Assembly: GCF_004010195.1 (NCBI RefSeq)
Contig: NC_057749.1
Location: forward strand, 9,435,492-9,499,491
Reading direction: 5' to 3'
Source of the DNA: Chiloscyllium plagiosum
Lineage: Eukaryota
DNA: 64,000 bases
In this document: one piece after another, positions 12,546-23,788 of the stretch
Layout: every line of letters begins with the position of its first letter
How positions within the stretch are numbered: the stretch's first letter is position 1
Notes under the pieces: model-generated
Database searches by the model: none
Told to the model about the DNA's origin: nothing
What the model saw: the letters and a program-made list of their open reading frames with translations, nothing else
Translations under genes and position numbers: made by a program

Positions 12546-12849
12546 TATTGAAGTTATCCAGTGGGTGAAGCCGATGTGTAGGGGTGACTAACTTGAAAGT
12601 GCAAAGGAAACTATCAGACGGTTAACACGGCATAAATTTTAGCAGCCTGGTAATTTGTGATATTGACACGCAGTAATGTTGGACCACAGCCACCATTCCC
12701 TGATCTTTACCCACAAGATTATTGGTTCTTCTGCTTTGACTGACTGTTTCAATGCAAAGGTTTGTTTGGCATAATCCTGTCAAAAGGGCAAACAAACGAA
12801 GCTCAGCTGAGTAGTTTAATGTGGAGAAATCTTATGTAAACTTGCAATG

Positions 12850-13290
12850 CTTTAGGGGATCGTGTGTACGTCCTCGCCTTCTGTATAATTTACAGCCTGA
12901 GAGCCCGGACCAGGACTGAGCACCCAGTGAAACGTTGAGGTGCTCTATACAAGTTACGTCATTTTTCTTCGCGGCTTAGCCCCGAGCACTTCTTCTTAGA
13001 CAGCCTTGCGTGCGGAAAGGTTATCTTTCTTAATCTCTTCCCCGGGACAACAAATCAAGTATCTGAAAGGGGAACTGGTTCTGTTTTATTGTCTATTTAC
13101 CAATGGATCCAGAATGTGCAGAGTCACCGGCCGTCTTATTAACTACAAAAGGACATCGCAATCTCCAATTATATCCGGGGCAATTTCATCTGAAAGGGAT
13201 GGAACTCCTTAATAGATTTTAACCAGCACTGCCAGTAAAGCAAACGCCCCCCGCGGGAGCTCCAGTTTCAGTGCTACATGCGTCCCCAGG
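12850..13290. promoter_or_regulatory. CpG-retaining non-repetitive segment, candidate promoter or enhancer
   Basis: Many CpGs against a CpG-depleted background; TTACGTCA (CRE-like) 12954-12961, TTGCGTGCG 13006-13014, GC-rich cgccccccgcgg near 13246. Confidence 0.45.
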
Positions 13291-13644
13291 CCTGTAAAAT
13301 ATTCTATTCTGAGGTAGCTGGATTTGTTCATGGGATGAGGACATCGCTCCCCATGCCAATATTTATTGCCCATCCCTAATTGTTAAGAGTCAGCCACATT
13401 GCTGAGGGTCTGGAATCACGTGTAGGCCAGCTCGTTCCCTTCCCTAAAAGACGTTAGTGAACCAGATGGGGTTTTCCCAACAATGGATTAATTAGACTCT
13501 TAATTACCACACTTTCTTAAAAAAATGCAGTCTCCAGAACTTTACCTGGGTCCCTGGATTAACAATCCATTGGTGATACCGTTAGGTCATTGCCTCCCCA
13601 ATAAAAGCATTAATTGCCTTTCTTCAAGTTTTACACCAAAAGTT

Positions 13645-14410
13645 CTGGATTACTAGGCTGATTCCTGGGGTGGAAGAATTGATGTGTGAAGAGAGACTGG
13701 ATCAGTTTATGGAATCCCTACAGAGCAGAAAGAGGCTATTCAGCCCATTAAGCCTGCACTAACCCTCCAAAAAGCATCTGACCCAGACTCAGCCCCCTTT
13801 TTGTATCCCTGCATTGACCAGGGCCAATGCACCTTGTCTACACATACAAAGTCACTACCAGCAATTTAGTATAATCAATCCCCCCTAACCTGCACAGCTT
13901 TGGATTGTGGGAGAACACTGGAGCACCCAGAGGAAACCCACATAGACACGGGGGCAACCTACAAACTCCACACAGTTACCAGAGGGTGGAATCCAACTGG
14001 ATCCTTGAAGCAATGAGGCAGCAGTGCTAGCCACTGAGTTATGTTGCCTTCAGTTAAGACTATTTTTGCTGGAGTTTAGAAGAATTGGGGAGTGGGATCC
14101 GAGAGAAACACAAAGGATGTAGCTAATGATTTGGTAGTCCAGAACCATAATTTAAAGATATGACATTCCGGACTGAGATGAAGAGAACTTTCTTCAGAGA
14201 GTAGTGAGCCTGTGGAATTCTCTGCCATGGAAAGTGATTAGGGCCAAAAGCACTGAATGTTTTCACAAAGGACTTAGATATAGTTCTCAAGGCTAAAGGG
14301 ATCAAAAGGTATGGCGAAGAACGTAACTAAGTTGGATAATCAGCTATGATTATATTGAAAGGAGAAACAGGGTTGCAGGCTAACTGTCCTACACTTGGCC
14401 CTATGTTTCT
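13645..14410 (+). mobile_element. CR1 3' fragment interrupted by a minus-strand HE1-like SINE (13708-14049)
   Basis: CR1 C-terminal sequence flanks a reverse-complement HE1; possible TSD tcagtt at 13702-13707 and 14050-14055. Confidence 0.75.
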
Positions 14411-14974
14411 CTGGTGTTGCCAGGTCTGATTTAAACTTACTGACTTTGAATGAAACTGACTGTTCAGCTGAAACAAAAATGGCTCTTTCTCTTCACCCAC
14501 CCCATTTCTTTCAAACTCCTGGCCTATTTCTCCCTTCATCTTTCACGGGATTAGGGGCAGCATTGGTTACCCATCCATCCCCAATCACCTTTACAGCTGA
14601 GCAATTTGCTCATTCGGCCATTACAGAGAAGCTGATCAGAGTCAAAGGCACAGGTCTTGCAAGCCAGCTTTACAAATTTGAATGGCTGGTTGTTGACCTC
14701 CACATGTTTTTAAATTCCATCAGGTATCCTGGTTGGACTCGTATACATCCCTGTAGCCTCACCTGGCCTTCCAGAGAATTTCCTTTCATGAAGTTAATTT
14801 GGCTTATTGTATCTCTCAGACCTTTTTTGACTGCTGAATTATCTTTCTTTTTCATTTAGCAGTGTTTCGTACAAGGTATAATTCTTCTGATAGTGAGAAC
14901 TTAGAAGTTTTGCAGGCAATTTTGTGGGCATGGTGGGCTGAACAGCCTGTTCCAGTGCTGTCCCATTGTTCTAT

Positions 14975-15490
14975 TTCTGGCAGCATCTGTGGAGAGAGAA
15001 ACAGAATTATTGTTTCAAGTCCAATATGACTTCTTCTGAAGAAGGGTCACTGGACTGGATAGGACGGACAGCAATGGTCTTGTTCCTAGGGTGGGGGAGT
15101 CCAAAACTAGAGGGCATACGTTTAAGGTGAGAGGGGAAAGACTTAGAAGGGCCCAGAGGGGCAACTTTTTCTGGATCAGGTGCAGGTATGGAACAAGCTA
15201 GCAGAGGAAGTAGTGCAACTGGGTACCATAACAGCATTTAAAAGGTATCTGGATGGATACATGAACAGGAAAGGTTTCAAGGGATGTGGGTGAAATGCTG
15301 GCAAATGGATCCAGATCAGGTGGGATGTCTGGTTCTGACAAGTAAGATGGAAGGGTCCATTTCCATGTGATATGATTCTGACTCCAAATGTTAACTCTGT
15401 TTCTATCTTCACCATCACTGCCAGACCTGCTGAGTTTCTCCAGCATTCTCTGTATTTGTTTGGGACTTCCAGCGTCTGCAATATTTTGTC
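14975..15490. mobile_element. PLE-terminus inverted element (family C) split by a CR1 3' fragment (about 15057-15380, +)
   Basis: ctgaagaagggtcactggact [CR1 tail] gactccaaatgttaactctg: the two halves rejoin into the family C hammerhead region. Confidence 0.65.
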
Positions 15491-15569
15491 TTTATCAACC
15501 TGCTCTTCTAGCTGAGCAAGCCAGCGATCTTATGGCTATGCCTTTGAGCGTTAAGAAATGTATTTTAAA

Positions 15570-15798
15570 AACCCAGAAAGAACTGTAGATGCTGTCAATC
15601 AAAAACAACAACAAAAAAACCCAAAAATTGCTGGAAAAGCTCAGCAGGTCTTGCAGCATCTGTGGAGAGAAAACAGAGTTAATGTTTCGGGTCGATTGAC
15701 CCTTCCTCAGAACTGGTCACTGAACCAGAAACGTTAACGCTGATTTCTCTCCATGTGCTGCTAGACTTTGCTGAGCTTTCGTGGCAATTTCGGTTTTT
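15570..15798. mobile_element. Palindromic PLE-terminus insertion (family C)
   Basis: Inverted arms (ttgctggaaaagctcagcagg.../...gctgagctttcgtggcaa); gttaagaaat repeated at 15550-15559 and 15799-15808. Confidence 0.75.
15677..15714 (-). ncRNA. Minimal type I hammerhead motif (family C), one CpG-decay change in helix III
   Basis: Minus strand: agtt CTGAGGA a gggtc-aatc-gaccc GAAA CA TT aact; perfect 4-bp helix I and 5-bp helix II. Confidence 0.65.
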
Positions 15799-15809
15799 GT
15801 TAAGAAATT

Positions 15810-16690
15810 TGGGTTGGCGTGTAGTATCTATGGTGCTGTCACACAGAAATTCCCTGCATTTCTGGAGAGCTGTTTGTTTAGGGCTTGAACAGGCGTCTTT
15901 ACAGCGTCCCTGGTGTGTAGCTAACCTGTCAGCCAAGCTAGCGTGCGACTGGGTGCTCACTGACTGATTACTAGAGGCAAAGGGGTCAGGAAACCATAAA
16001 CACTGAGAGTGACCTGGGGCAGCGTTGGAAATGAGAGGCTGAGATCAATTGCTCAGAGAGACTCATTGATCTAGATTGTTGACGTGACTGGGAACAGTAG
16101 CGTGCGAGCGGATGCTCACTGGTGTCTCAAGTTTATAAGCTGAAGGTAGCTGAACACAAGAAAAAAAATCACAAAAATGTGTCGTTGATAGGACGGGAGA
16201 AGAATTAGGAAATCCTGGTTTCACCACTCCTTGTAGACACGTACATTTATTCATTACTATTATCCCTGTGTGTCTTTTTTTTCCCCTGTCGCTTTCCAAT
16301 TTATTTCCAGCATGGAAACAGCAGCAAAGCCTTCAGGGTTGGGGGCAACAACTTTACAGAAAACCAGCACCCCGCTCAATTTTCAGCAGCTTCTGGAAAG
16401 GCGTTAGCGGCGTTTGCATTATTGCGGGAGTCGCTTCACACGCATTGGATGCTTATGGAGTGCACAGCAAGATCCCACCGGGCTCACTGCTGGAAGGCTT
16501 CCTGCAACCGAGGAGATTCGTTTCCACGAGACATTGACTCCCCTCCCCACCCCAATCCCAGCGTGGCAATTAAACATAGCGTCTAATTAACAACGGTACA
16601 CACAGTGGTAATATGGCACGCTTGGTTTTTGTGTTTGCACCATTGGAATGTGTCGGCCAAATTGAGGCTTGGCACGTTGCATTGGAAGGT
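15810..16690. promoter_or_regulatory. CpG-retaining candidate promoter or first-exon region with clustered GCGTG motifs
   Basis: GCGTG/CACGC cores at 15817, 15941, 16100, 16439, 16561 and 16617 (plus 16901); duplicated 24-mer; possible donor AAG|gtagct at 16145/16146. Confidence 0.5.
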
Positions 16691-16692
16691 TG

Positions 16693-16810
16693 TGCAGGCA
16701 CCCTGCCTCTATTCCTGATGAAGGGCTTTTGCCCGAAACGTCGATTTTCCTGCTCCTCGGATGCTACCTGACCTGCTGTGCTTTTCCAGCACCACTCTAA
16801 TCTAGACTCT
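16693..16810 (+). mobile_element. PLE terminal fragment (family A)
   Basis: caggcaccctgcctctattcctgatgaagggcttttgcccgaaacgtcg...ttttccagcaccac is nearly identical to the right arm at 34910-34989. Confidence 0.85.
16711..16746 (+). ncRNA. Minimal type I hammerhead ribozyme motif, intact core (family A)
   Basis: attc CTGATGA a gggc-tttt-gccc GAAA CG TC gatt, with the canonical GUC cleavage triplet. Confidence 0.78.
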
Positions 16811-16943
16811 GCTCTACGCAAGAGTGCACTCTCCTCAGGTCAGCATCCTCACTCCTTCAACACTGCCTCCATCGCCTCTTCGCCCCAGCCCCCCTCCCCC
16901 CACGCACACACATACTTGTGTGAACCAACACTTGATCCCAAAT

Positions 16944-17662
16944 GGAGGAAGTGAGGAATGCAGATGCTGGAAAAAGCACAGCTGGTCAGGCAACATCCGA
17001 GGAGCAGCAGAGTCGTAGTTTCAAGCATAAGCTCTTCATCACAAATGTGGGAGTAAGGCCAAAGAGGGCTAAGAGATAAATGGGAGGGGTCTAGGGCTGA
17101 GGGATGGTAGCTGGGAATGTGATAGGTAGATAGAAGTAGGGGTGATGGTGATAGGTCGGAGGATGGAGTGGATAGGTGGGGAGGAAGATGGACAGGTAGG
17201 ACAGTTCCAGAGGATGGTTTGGAGTTGGAGGATTGGATCTGCGATAAGGTGGGGGGAGAGAAGATGAGGAAACTGGTGAAAACAATATTGATCCCATGTG
17301 GTTGGAGGGCCCCAAGGCCAAAGATGAAATGTTTTTCCTCCAGGCATCAGGTGGCTAGAATCTGGTGGTGGAGGAGGCCCAGGACTTGCCTGTCCTTGGC
17401 AGAGTGGGAGGGGGAGTTGAAGTGTTTGGCCACTGGATGGTGGGGTTGTTTATTGTATGTCCTCCGAGACGTTCTCTGAAACATTCCATAAGTCTTCCTG
17501 ATGTACAGGAGGCCACATCAAGAGCAACTGACACAGGAGATGAGGTGTTTGGAGGTGCAGGAAAATCTCTGCCGGATGTGGAAGGATCCTTTGGGGCCTT
17601 GACAGAGGTGAGGGGGGAAGTGTGGGTGCAGGTTTTACACCTCTTATGGTGGCAGGGGAAGG
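16944..17662 (-). mobile_element. Penelope-like element 3' part with degenerate GIY-YIG endonuclease
   Basis: Minus strand encodes FPCHHKRCKTCTHTSPLTSV, HLISCVSCS*CGLLYIRKT (GIY-YIG-like), HFNSPSHSAKD.QVLGLLH and GALQPHGINI, followed by the family A terminus. Confidence 0.88.
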
Positions 17663-17979
17663 AACACAAGCAGGACTTGTGATCGTGACACAGATGCTGT
17701 CCCTCAACAACCATGCATCATAATTCTGGGAAAGGAGGAGATTCACAGAGGCTTGTGACACTGATATGCTCTGGGCTTTGCTAGCACTCAGACCATGGTT
17801 CTGTTCCTAAGACAAACTTGGAGGGGAGATCCTGAAGGTTGGCTTTTGAGACTGATTAAGGGCATCAGTTCTGTGATGGCACCTTCCAAACCACCTGGAA
17901 GCTCAGGGATATTAGAGAATTGGAAAATTCTTGTTTGAATGTTCCTCTTCAGCCACCCATCAACCTATATGGAATTATA

Positions 17980-18165
17980 CCATCATTCCTTCACTTGTCA
18001 CTGAGTCAAAAACTTGGAATTCCCTCCCTAACAGCACTGTGTATGTATCTGCACCGCATGGACTGCAGAGGTTCCAGAAAGATAGCTCACAATCTCTTTC
18101 CCAAGAGCAATCGGGAATGGGCAAGAAATGCTGGCCAACCCCATGACACACGCATTCTATGAACA
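17980..18165 (+). mobile_element. LINE family B 3' end
   Basis: SKTWNSLPNSTV...PHGLQRFQK C-terminus and tail gggcaagaaatgctggcc. Confidence 0.7.
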
Positions 18166-18889
18166 ATTTATTATTTTTTTCTAAATGTTCTGGATTTGGA
18201 AACACTGGTTTCCAAACACTGGTTCTGTTACTTGGCAGCAGTTGGATGAGCAATCTGTGGTTTGGCAGAACAGTGGGAGGAAATATGGGATTTGAGTGTG
18301 AATTTTTGGAGTGTAATGAATGATAGAAGTGTTTGGCAATCATTGAAGTAAATGAGGGAATCGTGAAGATTTCATTGTCTGTTTTTCATTATTTGGCCAA
18401 ATTCATTGTCAGGGTAGATCTGTGCCCATTGTTTTATAAATCATTCAGAAAAATGGTCCCTGCTTTTTGAACAAACATTACTTTTACGTTTACAAAACGC
18501 TGTCCAGCAGTCTTATTATGCATTAAGAAAATTCTAAAATTTGCATCAGGAAATGACATTTTTCAAACAAGTTTCAAAGTTCATACTGCAGGTTTTCGAT
18601 TCCCTAAAACTTTGCCCGACGTAAACCAGACTTTGCTGTTCATTAAAGGTGAAGGAATGACAAACAACACATGCCAATGCTGCAGCTGTGAACAATCATA
18701 ATGAATTTTTTGATCCTGAGTGTAAACAATCTGAAAATGGTGTCATTTCTCAGAGCAATTTTGAAATCATTCATGAAAAAAACACAAAGAAACCCATTCT
18801 TCTGCAACTTCTCCCCATTCTCTTCAGCAAACATGAGGTTATTCAAAACTCTGTCTGACTAGCACCAAATCCTGTTCACCCATCATTGT

Positions 18890-19390
18890 GTCCTGTTCTC
18901 ATCCTCGTTACAGGAAGGATATCATTGAGCTGGACAGGTTTAAAAGCGATTTACCAGGATGTTGCCAGGAATGGAGGGTTTGAGCTATAAGGAGAGTAGG
19001 CTGGGAGTGTAGGAGGTTGAAGGGTGACCTTATGAAGGTTTATAAAATCGTAGGAGTATAGATAAGGTAAATGGCTGGTGTCTTTTCTCTAGAGTGGAGG
19101 ATTTCAAGAAGAGAGGGCTTTTTTTAAGATGAGAGGAGAAAGATTTTAAAAAGACATGAGAGGCAACCTTATACACAGAAAGTGGTTCGTGTGTGCAACG
19201 AGGTTCCAGAGGAAGTGGAACCTCGTTGCACAATTACAATGTTTAAGAGTAATTTGGATAAGTACGTGAATAATAAATGTTTGAAGGGATGTGGGCCAAG
19301 CACAAGGCAGGTGGGACTAGTTTACTTGGAGTTATGGTCAGCATGGACTGGTTGGATTGGAGGGTCTGTTTCTTTGCTGTATGACTCAAT
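18890..19390 (+). mobile_element. CR1 LINE 3' fragment
   Basis: Homologous to 22510-23025 (FTRMLPG, WNELPEEV-like, 3' UTR). Confidence 0.85.
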
Positions 19391-19719
19391 GGATGAACAA
19401 CACAAACTCCTCATCTGTGGAAGCAATCCAGTGAATCCCTTCTGAACTGCTTCTTGTGCAATTACATTTTTCCTCAAGTAAGGAGACCAAAGTAATAAAT
19501 GCAATACTGCAGGTGCTGTCTCGCTAATGCTTTACAACACTTCCCTACTTTTATACTCTATTCCTTTAGCAATCCAAAATTTCTGCACTCATCCAATCCT
19601 GGACTGTTGAGCATCCCTGATTTTAATTCCTATAGTTGCTAAGGCCCCAAGTTCTGGAATTCCTTTCCCTGCACCTCTCTGCTTCTCAACCTTTCTTTAA
19701 GATGCTGTTTAACTAATCT

Positions 19720-20180
19720 CTTGAGTCATGTTGAAAGACGAGCAGAAGCAATTTACAAGAATCTTGTCAGTATTTAGAAACTGCAGTGATGGGAATAGAT
19801 TGCAGAAGTTGGAACTGTTCTCCTTGGAGAGCAGAATGCTGAGAGGAAATATGTTTGAGGTTTGAAATCATGAGCAAGCTAGACAGAGTCAACAGGGAGA
19901 AACTGAACCCACTCTTAAAAAAACGAATGAGAGGGCAAGATTGAAACTGATGTGTGAACAAAGCAAAGGTGATGTGAGACCAATTTTTTTTCACTCAGTG
20001 TAGTTAGCCTTTGGAAGGCACTGGAAGCAAGTTCAATTGAGGCATTCAAGAGGGTGTAGCATGAAATGGTGTGCAGGGATACAGTGAAAAGGCAGGAAAT
20101 TGGCACTAGCCAATAGAACCAATGCAGGCAAGACAAACTGATTGGCCTCCTTCTGTACTGTAGCAATTCTTTGACTCTGT
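19720..20180 (+). mobile_element. Old CR1 3' fragment
   Basis: Degenerate LFSLE.R.LRG and conserved 3' UTR layout. Confidence 0.55.
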
Positions 20181-20339
20181 GATATCTTTGCATTGTTCCT
20201 TGTGCTTGTTTATTATGTTAAACTGGTAGACATATTCATATTGTTGTCTTTCTTTATCTCTCAAAGACGCATCACTTTGTTTGAGAAAACTATTAGGAAT
20301 TACGTTTTCTGATGCATTCTAAAAATTCATTGCATAAAA

Positions 20340-20667
20340 GGGCAGCACGGTGGCACAGTGGTTAGCACTGCTGCCTCACAGCGCCAGAGACCCGGGTTCA
20401 ATTCCCGCCTCAGGCGACCGACTGTGTGGAGTTTGCACATTCTCCCCGTGTCTGCGTGGGTTTCCTCCGGGTGCTCCGGTTTCCTCCCACACTCCAAAAA
20501 TGTGCAGGTTAGGTGAATTGGCCACGCTAAATTGCCTGTAGTGTTAGGTGCAGGGGTAAATGTAGGGGAATGGGTCTGGGTGGGTGCGCTTCGGCGGGTC
20601 GGTGTGGACTTGTTGGGCCGAAGGGCCTGTTTCCACACTGTAAGTAATCTAATCTAATCTAATCTAA
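20340..20667 (+). mobile_element. HE1 V-SINE, full-length, young subfamily
   Basis: Intact A/B boxes, V-domain, many retained CpGs, (aatct)4 tail. Confidence 0.93.
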
Positions 20668-21609
20668 AAATATGTAGAATGTTTGCCTGACCTTTTCCTT
20701 TTTTGCTTCTTTTGAAATATTATTCTAGCTATTGGTTTTTAGATCCAATAGGAGGAGTTTATCACAAATTTGTTTAATCACCATCCCTAATTTTATGTGC
20801 TTCTTGCAGATCGCCAACAAATTTTACTAGTTAGGGCAAGAAGATCCTCCACAGATTCACTCTTTTTTTTCTCGTAACTGAAGCCTCTTATACCTGGTAG
20901 CGTTCTCTCACCTTTTGATGATTTCATAGAAGTAAGGCATCTAAAACAGTACTGTAAGTGAACCATTAATTTATTTTGGTTTACTCTTGTGTTTCTGTTT
21001 TTGGATGCATTATAAAACCTAGGATTGCATTTTTTTTCACTTAATCAACGTGTTTGCTCATTTATAAAGTTTGTGCCACAATTTCTCTGCTTTCCTGCTT
21101 CCTTGCTGCTCAGCATTAAACTTCATTTAACTTCTCTCTGTCTAATCCTCTACATCTTAATATTGCTTTAGAAAGCCAGTTGTGAAGAGCAGAACGAAAG
21201 CCAATCCTAACATTCTCTTAAATTTATTTACGGAGTTGCACATTGTAAGTGTGTACATCCTAACTCAATAACCACATGTTTAGTCTGTTTATCTGTTTAG
21301 GAGCTCAAGTTATTCCCCAGTTAATATCCCATCTGCATAAAATTAAACACTCATAACATTGTGTAGTGCACAGCAGTCAGTTTGACTTAACATTAAGCTC
21401 ACCAGCTGACACCTGACAAGATCCCAATCTTTCCCCAAGAACTGAATATTTCACCTTCATAATTTCTATTTATTCAGAATGAAATTTAATAACCTGATAA
21501 AAATCAGTGGGTATGCAGTGTAAAGATTTGTTTCCATGGTTTGCGAAAGGAATAAACCCTGTATGTAACACTAATACAGCACTTGGGCATTTTTCAGTAT
21601 CATGTTTAT

Positions 21610-23025
21610 CATCACTGTTTAAGAAAGGTAACTATAGACCGGTGAGCCTAATGTTGGTGGTGAGGAAGTTGTTGGAGGGAATCCTGAGGGACAGGATTTA
21701 CACGTATTTGGAAAGGAAAAGACTGATTCGGGATAGTCAACATGGCTTTGCGCGTGGGAAATCATGTCCCACGAACTTGATTGAGTTTTTTGAAGAAGTA
21801 ACAAAGTGGATTGATGAGGGCAGAGTAATAGATATGATCTATATGGACTTCAGTAGGGCTTTCGTCAAGGTTCCCCATGGGAGATTGGTTAGCAAGGTTA
21901 GATCTAATGGAATACAGGGAGAACTAGCCATTTGGATATAGAACTGACTCAAAGGTAGAAGACAGAGGGTGGTGGTGGAGGGTTGTTTTTCAGACTGGAG
22001 GCCTGTGACCAGTGGAGTGGCGCAAGGATCGGTGCTGGGTCCTCTACTTTTCATCATTTATATAAATGATTTGGATGTAAACATAGGAGGTATAGTTGGT
22101 AAATTTGCAGATGACACCAAATTTGGAGGTGTAGTGGACAGCAAAGAAGGTTACCTCAGATTACAACGGGATCTTGATTAGATGGGCCAAAGGGCTGAGA
22201 AGTGGCAGATGGAGTTTAATTTTGATAAATGCGAGGTGCTGCATTTTGGAAATGCAAATCTTAGCAGGACTTATACACTTAATGGTAAGGTCTTAGGGAG
22301 TGTTGCCGAACAAAGAGACCTTGGAGTGCAGGTTCATAGCTCCTTGAAGGTAGAGTCACCGGTAGATAGGATAGTGAAGAAAGCTTTTGGTATGCGCTCC
22401 TTTATTGGTCAGAGTATTGAGTACAGGGGTTGGGAGGTCATGTTGCGGCTGTATAGGACATTGGTTAGGCCACTGTTGGAATATTGCATGCAATTCTGGT
22501 CTCCTTCCTTTAGGAAGGATGTTGTAAAACTTGAAAGGGTTCAGAAAAGATTTACAAGGATGTTGCCAGGGTTGGAGGATTTGAGCTATAGGGAGAGGCT
22601 GAATAGGCTGGGGCTGTTTTCCCTGGAGCGTTGGAGGCTGAGGGGTGACCTTATAGAGGTTTATAAAATCATGAAGGGCGTGGATAGAATAAATAGACAA
22701 AGTCTTTTCCCTGCAGTAGGGAGTCCAGAACTAGAGGGCATAGGTTTAGGGTGAGAGGGGAAAGATATAAAAGGGACCTAAGGGCAACTTTTTCACACAG
22801 AGGGTGGTGTGTGCATGGAATGAGCTGCCAGAGGAAGTGATGGAGGCTGGTACAATTACAACATTTAAAAGGCATCTAGATGGTTATATGAATAGAAAGG
22901 GTTTAGAGGGATATGGGCCAAGTGCTGGCAGGTGGGACTAGATTGGGTTGGGATAACTGGTCGGCATGGACGGGTTGGACCAAAGGGTCTGTTTCCAAGC
23001 TGTACATCTCTATGACTCCATGACT
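21610..23025 (+). mobile_element. CR1/HER1 LINE, 5'-truncated, near-intact RT domain and 3' UTR
   Basis: ORFs 21507-21941, 21969-22181 and 22182-22754 share one frame separated by point stops: [47 protein letters not shown]. Confidence 0.95.
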
Positions 23026-23289
23026 GTATCAGTAATGATTAATTTCATTGGAAAATGACCTTTTTTTAATGGTGTATCTATTATTCACCAAGAAGAAACC
23101 TAGGAGAATCTATTGTCTTTATTGGAACAGGACTTGCAACCTTATATTAAATCTGCCTCTCCGCAAATCCTGCAGGTTGTAATAAAACAAAAATTGTAGT
23201 TTCAGTTTTTAAAATAATTCCTTACATGTCTCCATGAATATTGGAATTGTAGGAAAAGTTTGGAGAGAGCTCCAAGCCCTAATGTTACT

Positions 23290-23450
23290 CTGGAAACAAA
23301 AAATGCTGGAAATCACAGCGTGCCAGACAGCATCCATGGAGAGAGAGCAAGCTAACATTTCAAGTCTGGATGACTGTCCATTGTGTCCTGCTGTAATTTC
23401 CAGCGTTTTTTTTATTTCCAGTACAGATTCCAGACTGCAGTAATTTGCTC
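23290..23450. mobile_element. Degenerate PLE-terminus inverted fragment
   Basis: aaaaaatgctggaaatcacagc / gctgtaatttccagcgtttttt inverted arms; related to family C. Confidence 0.55.
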
Positions 23451-23707
23451 CTACTTAATATTTCTCTGCTGATTTCAAGAAAATGAGATCTGTACCACAT
23501 CTCATTACAACCAGCAGCTAACAAGAGAAAACTCAAGGTTTGCATTCGGGCTATCCCTATTGCTGTGAGATGGCATCAGCAACTTGCCACAGAGCAACAG
23601 GACCTGTTGAAGAGCTAGTCTTGCTACAATACAGCTAATAGTTTCAGATAGAGATACTATCACTCATTTAGACAACTGTTTAAAAATCTTTTCACATTTC
23701 ATTGCAG

Positions 23708-23788
23708 TTCGAGTTGCCGTACAACAGGTCAGTTGTCACTTGATCAGTGGGCAGGCAATCTTCCAGCACTACTGCTTTCTGGATGCAG
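23708..23788 (+). other. Candidate internal exon (81 nt) of an unidentified gene
   Basis: Acceptor ttttcacatttcattgcag, donor CAG|gtatgg; open in two frames; phase-2 frame reads SSCRTTGQLSLDQWAGNLPALLLSGC. Confidence 0.4.

Noticed and set aside
20327..20638. Recurrent ORFs such as MAQWLALLPHS... and ...CGRKPEHPEETHADTGR... seen many times
   Set aside because: These are translations of HE1 SINE copies, not a gene family.
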